64,000 bases of DNA from an uncultured delta proteobacterium (GTDB taxonomy: Bacteria > Myxococcota > Myxococcia > Myxococcales > Myxococcaceae). Positions 59,504-64,000 of this stretch are shown here, in pieces. The stretch covers positions 1 to 64,000 of the forward strand of contig CAVQKE010000005.1 of assembly GCA_963713045.1 (NCBI GenBank), written 5' to 3'. Below the pieces are notes generated by a model that saw nothing but the letters and a program-made list of their open reading frames with translations, had not been told where the DNA came from and ran no database searches. A program made the translations under genes and the position numbers. Each line of letters begins with the position of its first letter. Within the stretch, counting starts at the first letter, position 1.

Positions 59504-61018
59504 ATGACGAACCTCCAATGGCTGATGGAGCGAGACATCCTGTGGGATGCACCGCTTTGGGCTCGTGCTCTCCTTGTGGTCACGGCGCTGAGCTTGGTCG
59601 GTCTCCGGTTTGCTGATCGGGACCTCGTGCCCTACATTCTAGACGAGCCTCATTTCCAAGACGCGGCTCGCGAGCACGTACGAGATGGGACGTGGGGGAG
59701 TATCAGCCCGCTAACCGGGAATCTCGGCGTCGCCTACGGTCCCGCCCCCGTGTGGTTCTACACGGCAGTGCATCACTTGGTGGGCCCTCGGCCAGAACGC
59801 AGTGTGATGGCCGTTACGTTATTTCTTTCGCTCACGGACCTGCTCCTCGCCGCTGTTCTAGCCTGCTCCCTGCGTGGCGGGTGGCTCCTCTTCGCGACGC
59901 TCGCCGCTCTGCTGGCTGGTTCCCCTTTCCTCTTTTTTTGGTCGCGCGTCGCATGGGAGGTATTTTCTGGATACATCGCGCTAACCGTCGCGCTTCTGGC
60001 GAGCGCCCGTCCAGTCGGCGTCGCCCGCGGAGCGCTCATTGGCGCCTTCTTGGGTCTCGCGCTCACAAGTCACCCGATGACAGTACCGGTGGTGCTTGCC
60101 ACCCTAGCCGCGCTCGGTTGGGAGGTCGCCCGCCGTCAGTCAAGCGCAAGGGGGCTGGCCGCTACCGTGAGCGTTCTCGTTCTCGTAAATCTCCCCTACC
60201 TCAGGGCTCTCCACGCCGCTCAGCCCGCCGCACTTCCCCCTGGGCCAGGCCTTGGCGTCCGGCTTCTCAGCATACCGGCGCGGCTCGGCATGGAACTCCT
60301 TGAGCCTGCCCGGGTCATGACAACCAACGGCGTGAGCTATTTCTTCGACGACGCTTGGTCAGACTTCCTCGCGTGGCTAGGGCCCGCCAGAGCTTTCCTC
60401 GCCCTGGGGCCTGTCCTGACAATCGTCCTGTCGTTGCTCGCGGCCTCAGGGCTTCTCTGGGCGGCGCGCTACGGGCCCGCGGGCGCGCGCCGCATCGCGC
60501 GCGTCGGACTCTTGGCCTGGATTGGCCTCGCCGTTTTGCTCTCGGCCATCGGCCTCCCTGTCCATCCGCATTACCAACTCGCCGCTTACTGGCTAATGCC
60601 GGCTGGGGTTGGTGCTCTTGCCGTGGCCCTCCAGCGTCAGCACCCATACCTAGGCCGAGGACTACTTGCCGGAGTATGGGTATTGGCCGTGGCCGAGGCG
60701 AGCTTCAACGAGGCTTGGATGCGGTGGGTGCGCGAGCGAGGAGGAACAGACGGTACCCATTATTCGCTGCCGCTGGCTGCGCAACGCGCGCTGCTCAAGA
60801 CAGCGTGTTCTAGTGACCGGCCGCAGGTAGCCCTCGCCAACCATACCAGCCTCTTTGGCGATAGCCTGCTTAGCCTCGCGCAAACTGAGCCGGCTTGCGC
60901 GGGTAAGTTTATTGGCATCTGCCGAGGAGACTGTCGGGCGCTGGACCCCCGATGGCAGGTGCTTTCCTTGCGCTATGCTTCTCCGCCGGGCGGGCGGCTA
61001 GCGCCGCTGGTACGCTGA
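59504..61018 (+). CDS. Polytopic membrane protein, ArnT/PMT-like GT-C glycosyltransferase
   Basis: ILDE after the first TM helix, YGPAPVWFY, SR.AW, multiple TM helices. Confidence 0.6.
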   Translation: MTNLQWLMERDILWDAPLWARALLVVTALSLVGLRFADRDLVPYILDEPHFQDAAREHVRDGTWGSISPLTGNLGVAYGPAPVWFYTAVHHLVGPRPERSVMAVTLFLSLTDLLLAAVLACSLRGGWLLFATLAALLAGSPFLFFWSRVAWEVFSGYIALTVALLASARPVGVARGALIGAFLGLALTSHPMTVPVVLATLAALGWEVARRQSSARGLAATVSVLVLVNLPYLRALHAAQPAALPPGPGLGVRLLSIPARLGMELLEPARVMTTNGVSYFFDDAWSDFLAWLGPARAFLALGPVLTIVLSLLAASGLLWAARYGPAGARRIARVGLLAWIGLAVLLSAIGLPVHPHYQLAAYWLMPAGVGALAVALQRQHPYLGRGLLAGVWVLAVAEASFNEAWMRWVRERGGTDGTHYSLPLAAQRALLKTACSSDRPQVALANHTSLFGDSLLSLAQTEPACAGKFIGICRGDCRALDPRWQVLSLRYASPPGGRLAPLVR

Positions 61019-61249
61019 TCATGGCTGGCCCTCCCACGCGTGTCCCGCGAAACGGACGAAAGCGTACCGCGGCATGGCCGACGCGGGAGGCACGCGGCTG
61101 CGAGCGACGAGGCCTGCTCGCAGACCGGAGTCTGCAACTCTCGGTTGGCAGCTAAGCGGTGGACGAAGCCACTCAGGCCTTGACGATGACTGAGCCTGCG
61201 AAGACCTCGCTGGCTGAGGTTGCCCTAGCCCGCGAAGCAGGACCTGCCA

Positions 61250-62158
61250 TCACACCTTGAAGTAGTGACCTTGGTCGAGATCCGGCAGAAGCGCGGGATG
61301 AGTCGGGTGCCAGCTGAGCTGCTCGCGGGTACGCGCGCTCGAGGCCGGGCAGTCAAGGGCGAAGAAGTGCCCGAGCCAGCCAAAGTGCTCCAAGGCCTCC
61401 TGGCCGGTTTTGGAGACCACCGGCAGCTTCAGGTGGCGGCCGATGACCTTGGCGATGTCCCGGGTCGGCACCCCCTCCTCCGCGACTCCGTGGAATCTGC
61501 TTCCGGGAGGGCCCTTCTCGACCGCCAGCCGGAAGAGACGGGCCACGTCGAGCCGGTGCGCCGCGGGCCAGCGGTTGGCCCCGTCGCCGATGAAAGCCGA
61601 GGCCCCTTTGGCCCGGGCAATCCCGATGAGCAAGTAGACTAAGCCGTGGTCGCCTTCGCCGTGGACCGAGGGCGGCAGGCGCATGACGATCGCGCGGACG
61701 CCACGGGTCGCCAGCGCCAGGGTGGCCCGCTCCGAGGGCAGGCGCGTGGCCACGGCGGATTTGGCATCGGCCTCGTCCGCTTCGGTGCCCAGACGGCCCG
61801 GTTCGAACCCCGCCGCTGCCGACCCGGAGCAGATGACGAAGGGCCGGTCCGAGCCGGCCAGCGCGGCGCCGATGGTCTCGATGGCCGTGAGATCGGCTTT
61901 GGCGGCCACCTCACGGCTCACGTTGACGAAGTCGTGGTTGAAGGCGGTGTGGATGACTCCTTCGCAGGCCGCCGCGCCGCGGGTGAGGCTCTCGAGGTCT
62001 TCGAGCGAACCGCGGTGAACCTCGGCCCCGGCGGCCGTCAGCTTCTGGGCGTTGGCCTCCGAACGCGCCAGGCCCAGCACCCGGTGGCCGTTGCGAAGGA
62101 GTTCCTGAGTGACCGCCGAGCCGATAAAGCCGGTGGCGCCAGTGACAAAGATGCGCAT
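61250..62158 (-). CDS. NAD-dependent epimerase/dehydratase (extended SDR)
   Basis: MRIFVTGATGFIG, IHTAFNHDF, RLPPSVHG, WPAAHRLD. Confidence 0.92.
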   Translation of the reverse strand: MRIFVTGATGFIGSAVTQELLRNGHRVLGLARSEANAQKLTAAGAEVHRGSLEDLESLTRGAAACEGVIHTAFNHDFVNVSREVAAKADLTAIETIGAALAGSDRPFVICSGSAAAGFEPGRLGTEADEADAKSAVATRLPSERATLALATRGVRAIVMRLPPSVHGEGDHGLVYLLIGIARAKGASAFIGDGANRWPAAHRLDVARLFRLAVEKGPPGSRFHGVAEEGVPTRDIAKVIGRHLKLPVVSKTGQEALEHFGWLGHFFALDCPASSARTREQLSWHPTHPALLPDLDQGHYFKV

Positions 62159-62203
62159 GGTAGAGACCTCGGGATGGTGCAGCAGTGGCCGCTGCGGTAC
62201 ATT

Positions 62204-62257
62204 CGGAACCATGGTTCCGTTACCATCCATATACGGAGTTGCCCCTCCGTTTGTCAA
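62204..62257. promoter_or_regulatory. Twin TetR operators and minus-strand -35 box
   Basis: CGGAACCATGGTTCCG perfect palindrome (62204-62219); ACGGAG-N6-CTCCGT (62233-62250); TTGACA on the minus strand at 62252-62257. Confidence 0.7.
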
Positions 62258-62272
62258 CTCCTTCGGGTACAG

Positions 62273-62857
62273 ATGACCGCCTACCGCCGACCGCTGAGAG
62301 CCGATGCGAGGCGAAATCGGGAACATTTGCTGGAGGTTGCTCGTCATGTCTTCGCTGCCGAAGGGCTGGCGGTTCCCATCGACGAAATCGCTCGGCGCGC
62401 CGGGCTCGGGATTGGAACCGTCTACCGGCACTTTCCAAACAAAGAAGCCCTCTTCGAGGCAATTGTCCTCGACCGTCTGGAACAGTTCGTCGACCGAGCG
62501 GACACCTTGCGAAGTGCGGGCGATCCCGGTGCGGCGTTCGTCGAGTTTCTGGAGAGATATTCGGCCGCTGGTGCTTCCAAGCGCGACTACGTCGAAGCGC
62601 TCGCCCGAAGTGGGATCGACGTGATGGGTGGGCGCGCCCGCAAGATTGCGAAACGCATTCGAGATTTGTTCGGATTTCTTTTGTCGCGTGCCCAGAAGGT
62701 CGGTGCCATTCGAACGGACGTCCGCGTGGAGGAAATCCTGGCGCTGCTACAAGGTCTCTCGGCTGCAAACACCGCCTATGCGGGGACAATGGAAGGGCGA
62801 CGTCGGATTTGGGCGGTCGTCCTGGATGGCCTACGCGGATCAGGCGCGGCCAAATGA
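62273..62857 (+). CDS. TetR/AcrR family regulator
   Basis: LRADARRNRE, IARRAGLGIGTVYRHFPNKEAL. Confidence 0.93.
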   Translation: MTAYRRPLRADARRNREHLLEVARHVFAAEGLAVPIDEIARRAGLGIGTVYRHFPNKEALFEAIVLDRLEQFVDRADTLRSAGDPGAAFVEFLERYSAAGASKRDYVEALARSGIDVMGGRARKIAKRIRDLFGFLLSRAQKVGAIRTDVRVEEILALLQGLSAANTAYAGTMEGRRRIWAVVLDGLRGSGAAK

Positions 62858-63463
62858 AGACCACCTGGGACAGACACACTTCTGCTTTTCGAGAGGAGCG
62901 GTGAAGGCGGGGAGGCGATACCGGCGCTACTTGAGACGCTTGTGGAACGGGACGAGGCCGCCATTGACCGGCTCAGCGCCTTCGTCCGGTCTGCCCTCTT
63001 TTCGAGACTAAGACGGATGAGAAGGCCTCCTTCCAGTCGTTCCGGATGAAGGCGGCTTAGCTCCTTCGATGCTGTTCGCCACGCGGTGGGCCGAGTGGAG
63101 GGTGGGGACCGACCGTGGAAGGAGCAGCACAGCACTCGCGGCGACCGAAGAGCGTGAAAGCCAGGACTTTGCACGTCTGCTTCCGTCCTCAGTCGCTCCC
63201 TGTGTGAGCGACCATCAGCAGAGGCCCTCGGTTGTCGACAGGGGCTTGTCCCGACGCCCGGAGAGGCAAAGCACCTGGCCGGGACGCTTCAGTGTGCACG
63301 GCCGATCGCAACGGTGAACGACGGAGCACCTGCGTCGTGCCCTTGGGGACACAACGAATTGCCGTTCTCACTCGAAAGTGAAAGTGGCACGGCATCTGCT
63401 CTTCCGCACACCGTCCAGTTTCGACGTCGTTCAAAAGCCTGAAGAAGCTCGCCGGAGGGGGCG

Positions 63464-64000
63464 ATGGTGGTGCGTCCGAAGTTCCGCGTGTGGAGGACCG
63501 CTCCGGTCCCGGTCATCGTTCTGCTGGTTGCCTTCATTGGCTGCGGCAGGAGCGCTGAAGACCCCGAGGGCAACAATCTCAACACTGTGTCGAGCAGGTA
63601 CAGCACCTGCCCGGTCAATCCGTACGCACTCGCCCTGGGTCTGGTCACCAACAACTGCTGCGACGGCGGCGACTGCGGGGACGGTGGCGTCGATGGCGGA
63701 AGCGATGGCGGCCCGGACGGCGGCTGGGACGGCGGGAGTGATGCCGGGCCTGACGGCGGCATGGATGGCGGGGAAGACGCCGGGGAAGACGGCGGGAGTG
63801 ATGCCGGGCCCGACGCCGGCATGGATGGCGGGAACGACGGCGGGAACGACGCCGGGTCGGACGCCGGCATGGATGGCGGGAACGACGGCGGAGAGGACGG
63901 TGGAGCGTCGGATGCCGGCAGCGCCGACGCCGGCGGGGATGGTGGCAGCGGGGACGGCGGAATGTCCGACGGGGGAACGTCCGATGGTGGCAACTCGGAC
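63464..64000 (+). CDS. Lipoprotein with D-[GA]-G repeat linker (5' part; runs off the window)
   Basis: GGAGGGG RBS; MVVRPKFR..VIVLLVAFIG-C lipobox; open frame to the window end. Confidence 0.75.
   Translation, partial: MVVRPKFRVWRTAPVPVIVLLVAFIGCGRSAEDPEGNNLNTVSSRYSTCPVNPYALALGLVTNNCCDGGDCGDGGVDGGSDGGPDGGWDGGSDAGPDGGMDGGEDAGEDGGSDAGPDAGMDGGNDGGNDAGSDAGMDGGNDGGEDGGASDAGSADAGGDGGSGDGGMSDGGTSDGGNSD
63662..64000 (+). repeat. Degenerate ~12-nt coding tandem repeat (DGGx/DAGx)
   Basis: More than 20 gay-gsc-ggs-nnn units. Confidence 0.85.

Noticed and set aside
61010..61066. Hammerhead-like string (CTGATCA ... GTCC..GGAC GAAA with GTACGC/GCGTAC)
   Set aside because: The core is CUGAUCA rather than CUGAnGA, stem II does not follow the core, and there is no valid NUH cleavage triplet.
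63662..64000. Repeat array as CRISPR or ncRNA
   Set aside because: Degenerate codon-phase repeats without spacers inside an open frame; no cas genes.

Overview
High-GC bacterial DNA, most consistent with a myxobacterium (Myxococcota-type PilZ protein, Pro-rich beta-barrels, DGG-repeat lipoprotein). About 60 protein-coding genes, mostly housekeeping or accessory metabolism: galK, ppx/gppA, two ppk1 paralogues, SF2 helicase, ABC-F, mtnP, Fpg-family glycosylase, kdsC, 5'-3' exonuclease, 2-oxoacid:ferredoxin oxidoreductase, phaB, two GSTs and an 8-CxxCH cytochrome-TPR protein. Many genes are split by single-base frameshifts, probably long-read assembly errors rather than real pseudogenes. I found no rRNA, tRNA, CRISPR array or transposase. 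The best signal is at 52915-53682 (-). A signal peptide runs through Cys-Ala-TGA, in frame, into a predicted outer-membrane beta-barrel. A hairpin with a GGUCU loop starts exactly 18 nt after the UGA, matching the E. coli fdhF SECIS geometry as I recall it. This is a candidate unannotated selenoprotein family. Secondary signals: a selenium/arsenosugar-associated gene group with a fused glycosyltransferase, an apparent Ppx-PilZ in-frame fusion, tandem Tyr/Cys-loop barrels, a small zinc-ribbon protein and clear operator palindromes. All family assignments come from recognising motifs by eye, not from database searches.
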